Positions 1 to 11,200 of a stretch of 64,000 nucleotides of DNA are shown piece after piece. The number at the start of each line of letters is the position of its first letter. Position 1 is the first letter of the stretch. Under the pieces are notes generated by a model, which was given only the letters and a program-made list of their open reading frames with translations, made no database searches and had not been told where the DNA came from. Position numbers and translations under genes: made by a program. This DNA comes from Ascidiella aspersa (taxonomy: Eukaryota): the NCBI GenBank assembly GCA_963924565.1, contig OZ004610.1:29698001-29762000 (forward strand), written 5' to 3'.

Positions 1-109
1 TGTTGTCCCATATTCCCGCGTCCCAACCTCCAGTTGAAGTCATCCTGGTCGGCCGAGTCCTGGATGTTGGCCCAAGCGCACATTCGACTGTCGAAGTCGC
101 ATTTAAGGT
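1..109 (-). CDS. MAM gene exon 2 (start of MAM domain, truncated by window edge)
   Basis: LKCDFDSRMCAWANIQDSADQDDFNWRLGRGNMGQ after acceptor tctctgcccag. Confidence 0.9.
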
Positions 110-923
110 CTGGGCAGAGAACAAACGATAATAGGCAAAGTTTGTACAAGAGTGAGACTTTTAAAGGAAAAATAACGGCCTTGTAAACGGACTATTTTAA
201 AAACAAGGCTGAGATTGTCCGATGTTGACTCGGGACTGAGACCTCATGGAATCGGCAAATTTAGGCCAAGTAGTGCCCGGGACTCACACTCCACGTTTAT
301 TGTCAAGCAGATTCGGACTCTGGTTGTTTTAACCGACTCCAGCCCTGTTTTAAAATTTACTGGTGAAGATGTTTTTCAAGTAGTAGTCTTTCTAGGGATG
401 ACTGTTACTTGGAATTTTAGTTCGATATCTTTCACCCGTTTTTTTTGGCAAAAAGAACCGCAATGCGATCTGATAATAAGTAACGTCAATACAATCGTAA
501 AATTTGTTTACAAAAATATTGAAGTTTATCGTGTTTAATTTATATATGTGTCTGATACTTAACTCCAATCAAATTGATTTACTGTGAGTCCTTGACTTCT
601 TAACATTACTTAATATTAACACCAAGATTGTCAATACCTTAAAAGAAGTAACTATAGCCCATTGGCGTTATTTATCGCAACACTAAAAATATTGGAGATA
701 GAGAGAAATTGATCTTCGGATGTAAACTCAGTCATAAACCGGCGTTTCTGTAGCAGATACCAGTAGGGCTTATAATTAAGACTGTATACGGTAAGTCTCT
801 TGGTAACTTACTTCTGGAGGCTTGTGACGCGACGCAGCATAACGCCACCAAAAAAGTGAAGAGCGCAACGAGTTTCTTTTCGCAAGTATTCCTACGCAGC
901 TCAACTTCTTGTATCAGCAGCAT
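1..923 (-). CDS. MAM-domain secreted/membrane protein, 5' part (2 exons: 923-812, 109-1; continues beyond window start)
   Basis: Exon 923-812 gives MLLIQEVELRRNTCEKKLVALFTFLVALCCVASQASR (hydrophobic signal-like stretch) and ends at A|GTAAGT, phase 1. It joins acceptor cccag| at 109 to give N-LKCDFDSRMCAWANIQDSADQDDFNWRLGRGNMGQ, matching the MAM N-terminal motif CxFD/E..C.W......DFxW. Confidence 0.88.
204..346. mobile_element. Degenerate short TIR element (CAGGGCTG-type ends, GACTC-rich interior)
   Basis: caaggctg ... cagccctg ends flanked by TTTAAAA-like sequence on both sides; repeated gactc motifs. Confidence 0.35.
812..923 (-). CDS. MAM gene exon 1 (signal peptide/anchor)
   Basis: ATG at 923; LVALFTFLVALCCVA hydrophobic core; GTAAGT donor; phase matches next exon. 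Confidence 0.82.
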
Positions 924-1899
924 CGTTCTGATGCAACTCTATAGGCTACTTCCGAGTGGCGGCCGCTGGGCAAAGTGTACAAATGATTTGGGAAACGATC
1001 GCCTATATTATTAAATTCCTGAGATTGGTTCCGCGCAAAAAAGTACACACCGCAGATGAAAAGCTACCGGTACATTAAAACTAGGCGTTTTTTCCTGTGA
1101 AAACGATGCACTTGAAGTAGTTATGGAGCATTTAACATTTGTTTTATGAAATATTTAAGGAACAATTTATATTCTAGAATTTGTTTCCCTCTAATATGCC
1201 ATATGCTTGAAGCCTAAATTGAAACTGTACAAAGCTAAGTACAAAACCGTGTCCGACTTTTTCTTTAGGTTTTTTACTCTTTGCGAACAATTGTATAAGA
1301 TTGCTGTGAAGACCTACTCTAAAGGAATCTATTCAACAGGTGAATTGTAAATAAGATTTAAAGTTGACAATAAGCAATGTTATTTTCTACCAAAGCCTGC
1401 AAAACTATGAGATAAAAGTAATGGCATGGAATTTCTAATATATTAGAAGACTTGTTGAGGAAATTGTTGCATCATTGCGGTTTTAACGCAACCTAAAGTT
1501 GGATAGTATTTTTCATTTTGTCCTGTGTGCTCAAGACACTTTATTTTCGTATTGATGTAGGCTACTTAAGTCAAGTTTACTCATCAAGTTTATAATAGTT
1601 AACTTCTTCTGCATTGTCTCACGAATTGATGAAACGCACTTCCTCAGCTATACTTAATGCCGGTAAGCGCGATGATCGCCTACCATTAAACCTACATTTA
1701 TGGATCCTGCATTTCGACCGGCATGCTTGGCCAAAATCGATTTTCACAAAAGATGCGGCACTGGTGACGTTTCGCCTAATTCATCAAAGGGGAGGGGGCA
1801 CACTAACTGTCCGACAACTATATCTTGGAAACATGTCTAAAAATTCGAATAAAACTCTTGAGGCCGGCCAAATGGTCTGAACTGCCTCTAAACACCCGT

Positions 1900-2460
1900 T
1901 TGTACGCGAAACTTTACTGCCGGGCTTCACACAGATCGCGCGGGTCCAAAAATCGCCACGCCCGAGTCGGGTCTGCCAAGCGCCGAACCCATTCACAAAC
2001 CTCGTCCCGGTAGCTCTGCTCTGCGCGCGCGAGCAAGCCTGGGAGCTACTCCGATTACTTTTGCCATCGCCTCCCGGCCATTTCCGTGCGTGGCGCAACT
2101 TTCCCATTTAGCCATTCGCGCGGCTCGGGAGCCCAGGCTTGCTCGAAGCAATACCGGATGCCAATCTGGAGAGGGCCTTTCTCTCTCCCTTGGCTCCCGG
2201 GGGTTCGCCCGCCTCCACGCTTCCACTACGTCATCCAGTGACGTAGGCGATCGCTTTTCGGGCGAAACCACGATCGCGGAATCGCTAGTGTTGCGCATAT
2301 CGTCTGACAGCAACAAAAGTGTGGCCTTGGGATTTATCCGGCAGTTGGACTCGATTGATTGCCTCCGATCGTTGACTAATGTGTATGTGATGCTTGAGGA
2401 AGGCCGCATCACATCCTTCCATTGTCCTACATCTAGTCTGGGCTTACATGACTTTACCTG
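1900..2460. promoter_or_regulatory. CpG-rich island, probable promoter (possibly of the MAM gene)
   Basis: High GC/CpG relative to flanks; several GCCAT (YY1-like) motifs at about 2063-2115; inverted pair of CRE-like half sites CTACGTCA-N5-TGACGTAG at 2226-2246. Confidence 0.45.
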
Positions 2461-3501
2461 TAGGATGTGAGAACTTGGAATGGGTGAAGTTGATGATTAG
2501 CGGCTCGTCCCTTATATGATGAAACCTTTCATTTGAATAATTTTAAACCATAAAAAAATATCTTAAAAGGGATTGACCGGCGTTTCGCTGTTTAATACTC
2601 TGAAATCTGAAGTGTAATGTAAAGATTTTTATAGTTCTTTCGGGTTCGTGTTGCTGCTGTCATTTTGTGAAATTTCCTAAAGAAAGAACAAACCGTTCCT
2701 AGAAAATGTCATGATGATAAAACGCATAAATGAGTTGCATAATCTGCATTTAGCTTAAATTCTATTGACTGTAGGCATACGAAACAGTCCGTCGCCTTTT
2801 TTTAGTTTCAACTGAAACTTTTTTGCCTGATATTTAACATTCCAAGAAAGTACGTGAGCGGGTAGTGATGTATTGTCATAACTAATGCTTTAAGATAACA
2901 CACGAGTACAGGGAAAGGTTGGCAATGGCAGACGGATAGGTAAAAGCATGCAAGCGTCTACAAACATGTTTTACGGGGTTATCGAATGTGTACAAGCCAC
3001 AAGATTAGCATGCACTTGGTCTAATTGCTTTAGCGCCCGTTAACGCTAAATGTTTCGAGCGACAGCCTAACAACTGAAGTACATAAATTGGACACTTAAA
3101 AGGGAATTAGCAAGACCAGATTCCCTTTAAGCCACGTGTTACGGACGTATAACAACCTTGTCACTTATATTTATAGACCAAGTTGTTGCAAAACAGTTTT
3201 TTTACTTAGTCAGGTTAGGATATTATTTTTAAATCATAAAGCTGGCCCGAATAACAAACGAACTTACAAATCAATAGCACAGTGAAATTACAAGTTGTAC
3301 CGTTTGTAAACCAATGATTCGGTGACTGCAAATAACACCATGGAGCGACAGGACACGATTAGACGATGTTCTACGTCGCCATTGGCACAAAAACAAGGAT
3401 ACGCGGAACAGTTTAATCGTATAGTACCGACATTCACAAACAAGTACGTCTATATTAAGTGCTTCGGAACAATGAAAATAGTTGGCCTGCAACCGCTTGA
3501 T

Positions 3502-3597
3502 TTAAACGGTGGAGTTGAGATGCTTCCGTGACGACGGTAGGGCGAATGAGCGTGAGTGGTAAGAGTATTTCCACGGGTTCACCTTTAGGTGGGGCTC
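3502..3597 (-). CDS. TEX36: TEX36-like exon 6 (terminal)
   Basis: EPHLKVNPWKYSYHSRSFALPSSRKHLNSTV*; acceptor tatttctacctcag. Confidence 0.85.
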   Translation of the reverse strand, partial: EPHLKVNPWKYSYHSRSFALPSSRKHLNSTV

Positions 3598-6500
3598 CTG
3601 AGGTAGAAATACAAGCATAAAAAGCGCTCTATGGCAACAGATTATTAACGATGCCAATACGATAACTAAAGCGTTTTAAATATTTAACCGATCAAAAAAA
3701 CTACTTAAAGTTAGGCCTGTGAATCGAAATAACTATCATACAGTTAGACTGATATTTTCATGGGAAGCAAGCGAATTCGTTATCTCAACGTGCAAATTGC
3801 TTAAGGTGTTTTCGTGCAAATCGTTGGCACCGCATAAATCGGCTGATTCTATTTTTTGCGCAAACAGCTATTTGGAATAGAAATTAGTTCTAAAGTTTTT
3901 ACAGGAAATCCTAGCCTACTTCACTCGTTCCTTAACTAAGACGAGCTCCTAGAAATTTGTACACAACCCTTTTCTTTATATTTGTGGGATTCTTTTTTTT
4001 ACGCGTGAAATTGTAATCATCCGCCCAGTATTGCCATAGTATTTTGCTGCACGTTCCGAAGTGGCTAACCACCTAACAATTGCTTTCGCCACTTGTTAAC
4101 AACACGGAAGAATGCCAACTGGGGTTTTGGGTTTCAATTACGAAAAGGAGTAGTGTTGTCCAGTGTACGATTTGTTACAGAAAAAATGCGTAGCTTTTCA
4201 GTCGGTTATTGCTTGCACAGTCATAGGGTACACAAACTAGTGATTTCATACGGAAATACAAATATATTTTCGTTGTGGTTATTAAGGGTTGTTACGACTT
4301 ATTATATTTAAATAGCCGTGCCCAGTAGACATTGCATACGGTATATATTGAATCTCTGCTTCGATAAGGCATTTTGACTTTTTTCTTAGAAGCTGCAATG
4401 AAAACTTATGCAGCTGTTAACAATATAAAACCTTACAACAAAGAAAGAAACACGTTAAAGTTTCGATACTACATTCTTTTAGCTTTAATGAATCTTATTG
4501 GCCAATGTAAGCACCCTTTCAATCGTTGCCCTTCTCTCCACCTCGCACAAAGGTAAAAAAGGTAAAGAGGACGTTACATAAACAATTAAAATCTATATTG
4601 ATAAAATCGACCCTATTTATCTGTTTAAACCGTCTGGCAATAATTTATGCCACATAGGTTTTTAAAAAAAAAAAAAGATGTGATTTTTCTCGAATGGTTT
4701 GACTTTCATATATTTTTTTGAAACTGCCACAAAAAGCCGTGTCTCTCCAATGGTAGAAAAAATGGTTACCTGAGTGTCTGCTAAGGTTTGCAGGTAAGTG
4801 CGTGGCACTATCTCGTCGCTCGGCACCCACATGGTTATCTTGGCCGGTGGTGGTATAAATCCTGCCGGAGGGAGGGCGTAGGCCTTGGAGTATCGCCGGT
4901 GGTGGTTCTTAAGAAATCCAGATTTGACTGCGGGCAAGAAAGAAGATTGTAAGACGTTCATGAACGTCGCAACTCGCAATTTAATTTGAAATGTGATACC
5001 TTTAATCGTGTTTGCACTTATGGTAAATAGTTTACATAGCACTGTTTTAAACATATTTGTGGCACGTATCATTAGAAGGAATGAGATTTAAGATTTGTCA
5101 AAAAAGGGATAAGATTATAATTATCAATTCGGATTAATTAGTTGTGGTGCAGTAAGATATTTCTGAAATACTACTTATTAAAATGTACTCCAATTCAATG
5201 TTACACCAGTTTACGTTTTGATGTGTAATGTACCGCTTTTTATTTCGTGACACATTGTTAACCCAAATTGAAATACGTTTTAAGCTCTCACTGTATAGGC
5301 TGTCAATATGTATTTCCATCTCACTATTGTCCTAATGAACAGCTACGCTATTCAAACAATGAGCTGTATGTTATCGCATTTCAAATACTTGCTACAACTC
5401 ACAAAAGGGAACGACATATCATATTACACACTGCAGCCAGTTAAAGAGCCTCTACACCACAATACAAGTTACAAGTGTAAACAAGCAAACAATTAAAGTG
5501 CTCACTGGGAAAATCTTCTCTGTATATGCTGTTGATGCGTTGTCTTCTTGCACCAGGTTTTTGGTCAACCCAGGAAACAATGTCGTCAGATCTGTGCTGG
5601 CTTTTGTCCTTCTCAATCTTATGCTTGCCCAATCCCTGGTGAACACAATCATAACTTGTTTTTTTTAAGTAATGTTTTAACGCCATCCTTATTTTTGATG
5701 CCATTTAAAATGGTCCATAAAGGATGTGTTACCTTTAGACAGTAACAATATTCCTAACAACAAAGTACATTTATCAGTAGAATAGTGAAGTATATAAGTG
5801 AGCAAAAAGTAAAAATAAGTATGTTACAATATTTTATAATTATGATTGGTTAAAGATTTTTTGTACGCAGAAACAACTACAATTATTATTCTCTAAAACA
5901 TTAAAGCCATATTATACACATTATTGGAGTCTGCAACCTATTCAATATAGCTATGTGTTGAGTTTTTTTCCAAATTTTGATTGATGGTCAGTATTAATTG
6001 GACAATATATGAAACTCTTTAACAAAGGACTCAATTTCAGAATTTCTGACCTGTCCAAAATAGACTCCGTGATCTTGAAATGAGTTTCTGTTGTCGTGGA
6101 TAGAAAAAGGGTGTTTTTGGCTGTAAGGAGCCTATAGAAAACAAAATTAATTCACCATAAAAACATTTCAGATGACAACAAAATCAATGCAATAAGTTGA
6201 AGGTCAATGATAGTTAGGAAATGTTACCTTATTTTGAAATTATATCAAATCTACAAAGTGTTGAACTATTCTCTACATTTGGCATTAGGGAAAACACTAA
6301 CAAAATTTAAATACCTGAAGCTTTTCCTGAAATAGTGGAGGGCATTTCACATGGGCACTGTGATTTGTTCGGCTTGTGCTTAACATTGTGCCAGTCGTTG
6401 TTCCACTCTCTCTGCTTGGTATTTGTGATGGCATTCCTCTGTGTGCAAACTATCAAGAAGCATAACTATTTTAGAATTGTATTTCCAAGAAATTACAGAG

Positions 6501-6657
6501 GAAGCATTGCAAGCAACGTATTCTGGTTTGATTTAAAAAAATGCCAGTTAGAATATTACAAAATTATGATTTATTTTATTTTAAGAAAAATACCATTTTC
6601 TCCTACCCAAATGCCATGTTCTTCAGCAGAAGGGACATAAATTCGGCCTTTTCCCAT
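3502..6657 (-). CDS. TEX36: TEX36-like HDNR-motif protein (testis/ciliary), 6 exons, 216 aa
   Basis: Exons 6657-6607, 6449-6315, 6131-6051, 5635-5506, 4927-4770, 3597-3502 are all GT-AG and in phase (651 nt). Translation: MGKGRIYVPSAEEHGIW-FAHRG...CPPLFQEKLQ-APYSQKHPFSIHDNRNSFQDHGVYFGQ-GLGKHKIEKDKSQHRSDDIVSW...SIYREDFP-...-EPHLKVNPWKYSYH...V*. It matches recalled TEX36 motifs MxKGR..P...G.WF, FS.HDNR and GLG.KKI..DK.QH.S. Confidence 0.9.
4770..4927 (-). CDS. TEX36: TEX36-like exon 5
   Basis: IKSGFLKNHHRRYSKAY...YLQTLADTQ; strong acceptor tctttcttgcccgcag, donor CAG|GTAACC. Confidence 0.88.
5506..5635 (-). CDS. TEX36: TEX36-like exon 4
   Basis: GLGKHKIEKDKSQHRSDDIVSWVDQKPGARRQRINSIYREDFP; donor GTGAGC, phase 1. 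Confidence 0.9.
6051..6131 (-). CDS. TEX36: TEX36-like exon 3 (HDNR motif)
   Basis: APYSQKHPFSIHDNRNSFQDHGVYFGQ; acceptor ttttctatag, donor CAG|GTCAGA. Confidence 0.92.
6315..6449 (-). CDS. TEX36: TEX36-like exon 2
   Basis: FAHRGMPSQ...CPPLFQEKLQ; acceptor cttcttgatag, donor CAG|GTATT. Confidence 0.85.
6607..6657 (-). CDS. TEX36: TEX36-like exon 1
   Basis: MGKGRIYVPSAEEHGIW, donor GTAGGA. Confidence 0.85.
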
Positions 6658-6982
6658 CTTGAACTTATTACAAATGGAAATGACCAAAGTATGTCCTTTA
6701 TATTTGCGCAAATTTGGTTGCAACAAAAAAAAGCTTAAGAGAAATGATTAACCAGTCGACTTTTGTTTGGAATAAAGGGAAATAACCTTAACTGGATTAT
6801 ATCCAGTCCATTCAAAACACGTAAATTGCATTTTGTTCAGTCTTTTTATGTAACAAAGTAAACCTAATTCAAAAAATAATTATTAAATTGAATATATTTC
6901 AAAATGTTTTCTCAAATTGTTGTCTTTTGAGGAATTTGTTGCAATTTATAAAATAGCGAAACTGTGTAGCGTGGGATCAATT

Positions 6983-6996
6983 GTTGCCAAGGTAAC
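6983..6996. promoter_or_regulatory. RFX X-box in the TEX36-like promoter
   Basis: GTTGCCAAGGTAAC fits the X-box consensus GTTGCC-NN-RGYAAC, about 330 bp upstream of the ATG of a testis/cilia-type gene. Confidence 0.75.
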
Positions 6997-8172
6997 TTAG
7001 TCATAGAAATGTAAATTTCATTCAATAGACATTTAAAAAACTTATTTTGAATGTCACATATATACTACAGCTATACCACTGTGCAAATCATGTTAATTGT
7101 TTTTAAATAATGATAAAATGCAGTTTTACTAATAAACAAAAAAAAAATATGCAATGCAATTAACAAAAAAACTAAACATTATTTTGTGTCAATTAATTAC
7201 TAACTATTGTTTGTCTTAAATAAGGGGAATAGCGTGATATAATTTTTTTGTAAAAGATTTGTTTTTTTAAAGAATTCATAGAAACCGCAAATCAACAAAC
7301 TCAAAAACAGCGTAACGCTTCTATAGCAATAAAATCCCCTGGCCTAGGGCTTACGACAGCACTGAACCGTGACGGAGTTGGGGAGTCCCATATCGAAGCC
7401 TTTTTCTTATGATTACCTGGGGCTGTTTGGGGAGGGGAAGTCGCCCAATTGGATATCTTGGCAGCGGTTATTTTATGACGGATAGCGCTCGAGAAGGAAG
7501 GGACAGTCAATTCAGCACTCAGTAGTGCGACTGGAGCATAACAGAACAGTTTAGAGCTTGGTTTATAGTTGAGTGCACAACAACAACAGTTTTAAAAGTG
7601 TTTACACCAACCAGCGGGCATAGCCGGCTAATTTTGTTGTACATTGTATTTAAGGCCGCTGTTATACCCAATAAGTTGAAGTACGATTGCTACTAGACTT
7701 CAAAACAATTATTCTGTACCAGATATGTAAAAACAGTACGAGTATATGCTTGATCTTTTAATCAAAACATTGAACGTCAATAAATAGCAATGCATTGTAA
7801 TTGAGCACAACTTTGTGTAAATTAAACATTACACAGTTTTGAATTTTTAAATTAAGTGGACTGTGTTTGGAGTATTTCTGATTTAGATATTTGTACTCTA
7901 ACTTTTGTTTTAGCAAGTTTAAAAAGAAGAGTAACCAGTTATAACTATTGAAACTTAAATCCATTTAAACTTTAACGTAATATCTTCTGAATGAAACATC
8001 TCTTTTTTGTAGTTTTTTTTGGTTCAAATCAATTTCAGAAACAAAACTAATGAAAGATAACTTTTTTTCAGAAAAGTGGTATGCAGGCTTTATAAGTGAA
8101 GTAAATCCCTGGAAATAGATGTAGCTGTGCCTTCTAAGTTGTGAAAAGACGCCATTCACATTAACTTCAAAC

Positions 8173-8253
8173 ATGGCAACTCGGATGTATGTCTGCGAGT
8201 CGGCCGAGCACCCCTCATCACTATTGCTGGGACTTAATGAACAGAGATTAAAG
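8173..8253 (+). CDS. ZBTB coding exon 1 (exon probably starts at acceptor 8072)
   Basis: MATRMYVCESAEHPSSLLLGLNEQRLK; donor AAG|GTAAAC; upstream acceptor ctttttttcag at 8071. Confidence 0.9.
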
Positions 8254-11200
8254 GTAAACCGTACTGCTTGATTTCTTTGCAAAACAAACTAAATTTGCCT
8301 AACAGGGGCAAATAGAATACATTTGTATTTCAAAGGAAACTTTTGACTCAAGTTGTTATGATTGATCGGTAAAGATTTATTTTCGATTGTACTTTAACAA
8401 TTTTTGTTTTGTCAGGGTGCACTTTGTGATATCACAATACGCGTTCAGGGACACTTATTCAAAGCTCACATCAATGTGCTTGCATCAGCAATGGGTTACT
8501 TCAGGTATTTATTGAGTTCGTAATTTCTGTGTGTTACCTTTTTTGCAAGATAAAAGTACTTGAAATTGAAACATGTTTCTAATATAATGGTCTAAATTTA
8601 TCAAACCATTTGGGTTTAGAATTTTAGCACCAATAAAATGAGAGTAGCATTGTTTAAGTTTTAACAAGGTTGTGAGAAAGACTTGAACTTTTCTAAGTGT
8701 TCATTGATAGTTGCAAACATTTGAATGTGCTTTGAACATTTACATTAACCCCTATATATTTCAGTATTTGAGTCTTTTTAAATATTTATTTCATTTGTGT
8801 AATATACATAATTGTAACAAGGAGTTCTTTCAGGGACTTGTTTTGCAAGCCGACCAAAGAGAAAACAGAAGGAATTATCGACATCCCTATGATTGTTAAC
8901 AGCACCGGATTCTCTAAGATACTGGATTTTGTTTATACCTCACAACTGTGCCTAAGCCAGAGTACTGTCATGCAGGTATTGAATTTTGCCAACCAAATAC
9001 ATTTAACAAAGGTGTTAAACTATAAAACACACATTGCATGTTTAACTTCAGATTAAATCATCAATGAATTGCACCATAGTTGTCAATGATATCTTCCCTA
9101 AATGTAGATGCACAGCCAGCAATTTTTTCCATTTTCAATTTTTGTTTTGCACCTTCCGTTTTGGACTTTGCATACAGTTTAAAGTTGTAGTTTATTGAAC
9201 AGAAACAGTCACATTATGAACCCTCTAAGTGGATTATGGCTAGGTCAAATGACTCATTGCCTTTTGACCAAAGTGATTAATGTGGGCAAGGAGTTTAGAC
9301 CACAGCTATTAACCCCATATTTAGAATAATGCTCAGACAATGTATGTCAAAACAAACTGAACTTCATGTGCATACCTTTTATGTGCATCTGTCCAATTTT
9401 TGCTCCTCCAAATGTGAACAGACCCACTTTTAGTTCCTGTTTTTGTTGTTGTTCCTCTGATTGAACATTTTACCCGAGTAAAATTACGTTTTTTGTGGTG
9501 CAGTGAAGGCGAATAAGGCTTAGTTTTAGTGGAATCTATTATGTAGGTAATAAGTGTCTTTCCGGCATGGAAAATAGGTTAAGCAAGTTGCTTTTTGATC
9601 TCTTTACGCAAACAGCCTTTACATAAATGAACATGGCCAACGCAGAGCTTAGCTTGGATGTGTGACTCAGGCCAACACTCTACACGAAAATTTGACGCAA
9701 GCGAAATTGACCCAGTTCGATTGCGAGAGAGCGGGCTCGGGCCACAGCTCGGGGGAGGGTGGTGAGGGGATTGCGACATATGGACGACGCCCGGGCGCTT
9801 CTCCCCGGCGCCGAAACTGGGTCAGTGGCAGTCGGCGAAGGGGGAGGGCCGGCGAGACTGTGACCTCGTTGCCGAGCAGATGAGCCGACTGACACCCAGT
9901 CGCTGACGGGTCTATCCATTATGCATCGTCTTCCCCCCCTCTCTGCGGCAGCGGCGAACATACTGGTAGTTTTTTTTCGGCTGGGGACTTGGCGGGTGCG
10001 GATGTGCGCTGTAAGCCGCTATATACCACTGCTGCTGCGATGTGGATATTGCCGTTTGCGGGCGGGTGCTAATTGCCCGTCGCTAATGCGCCCGCAATCC
10101 CTCGCTTTTGTATTGTCGTCCTTGAAACGGTATTATAGTGTCGGGTGAATCATCTGTGTTTTTTTCCTGCGTACGTGCTCGCTCTAAATCTTGCCGTTGA
10201 ATGTGGCGTTTGACGTGCAACGGAACATGGTCGATGCTAACAAACAATAGTTAACATTAGGTGTCGAATATTCGCATACAGAGCCTTCATAAGCTTGGAG
10301 TTGTATTACGCCCGCCATTTAAGTAAGAAACGCTTGATTATTGACAAACAATCGAAATAATTTTGATATCTTTCGCGCTATATTTGTAATAATGTGGTTT
10401 TCTTTTATGTAGATTGTGTATAAATCGGTGGCCTTTAAATTAGCACTTTAGAACGATACGAAAAAATTTCGTATCGCTAAAACCCAAAAAATTACCTTGG
10501 CAAAATGCATAGTTTAAACTACGTGTGGGCATTGTCACCGATTGGACGTGACCAGTTTATGTAGCCCACCCATAATAATCGTTAAGACCTTTATTTTTTT
10601 TTCAAGTGAATAAGGGAAGTTTAGTATTCCAGGGGTCGTCTAAACTGTAAGGTGTAAAAGTGGAACGCGAATAATGCTCGAAAACCAGGGAGTCAATTTG
10701 TTTGCGACGCGTGACGTTATGACCCAGCGGGCGCGCGTCACAATAATCGACGTCACCGCTGCTGGGCAAACGCGTCGTTCCTACATCTGTCCGTGGCAAT
10801 GAGCTGGCGTTGTAAAGTCTTTGCGCGCGTCGGGCAAATATATTTCTGCATTTATTGACATTACAATCTGTGACGAGCGGCGCGATTTCCTGTAAGAACG
10901 TCGATTTAATTTGCCCCGCGTTTGGATCGCACGCGAATTAGCCGGCCCTAATCGTCCCATTTGCGCGCGGAATTACTTAGACGCGTCGTCATCGCATTTC
11001 TGCCATCGACGTTTCTTCTTCTTGCCCTTGCTCGGAATCCCGCGCTATTCATGACGTGGGAGATGACCACGTTGATTTTTATTCGCGTCCTTTAATTGCC
11101 CACCTCGCGGGTTGTTTTGTGTCTGTTTCTGACGAAAGTTAAATCAGGATATTATTATCTGCGCGGTCACTTCGAAAAGAGTCGACTCTTTTTTATTCAA

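Noticed and set aside
4790-4800. Strong plus-strand donor CAG|GTAAGT as a ZBTB 5' UTR exon
   Set aside because: Lies inside TEX36-like exon 5 (antisense of TYLQ codons); no supporting acceptor
5500-5650. Apparent H/ACA snoRNA on the plus strand (ANANNA and ACA boxes)
   Set aside because: Fully explained as TEX36-like exon 4 on the minus strand
7320-7560. RNase P or MRP RNA
   Set aside because: Only short chance resemblances (AAAATCCCC, CAATTCAG); conserved regions are not in the required order or spacing
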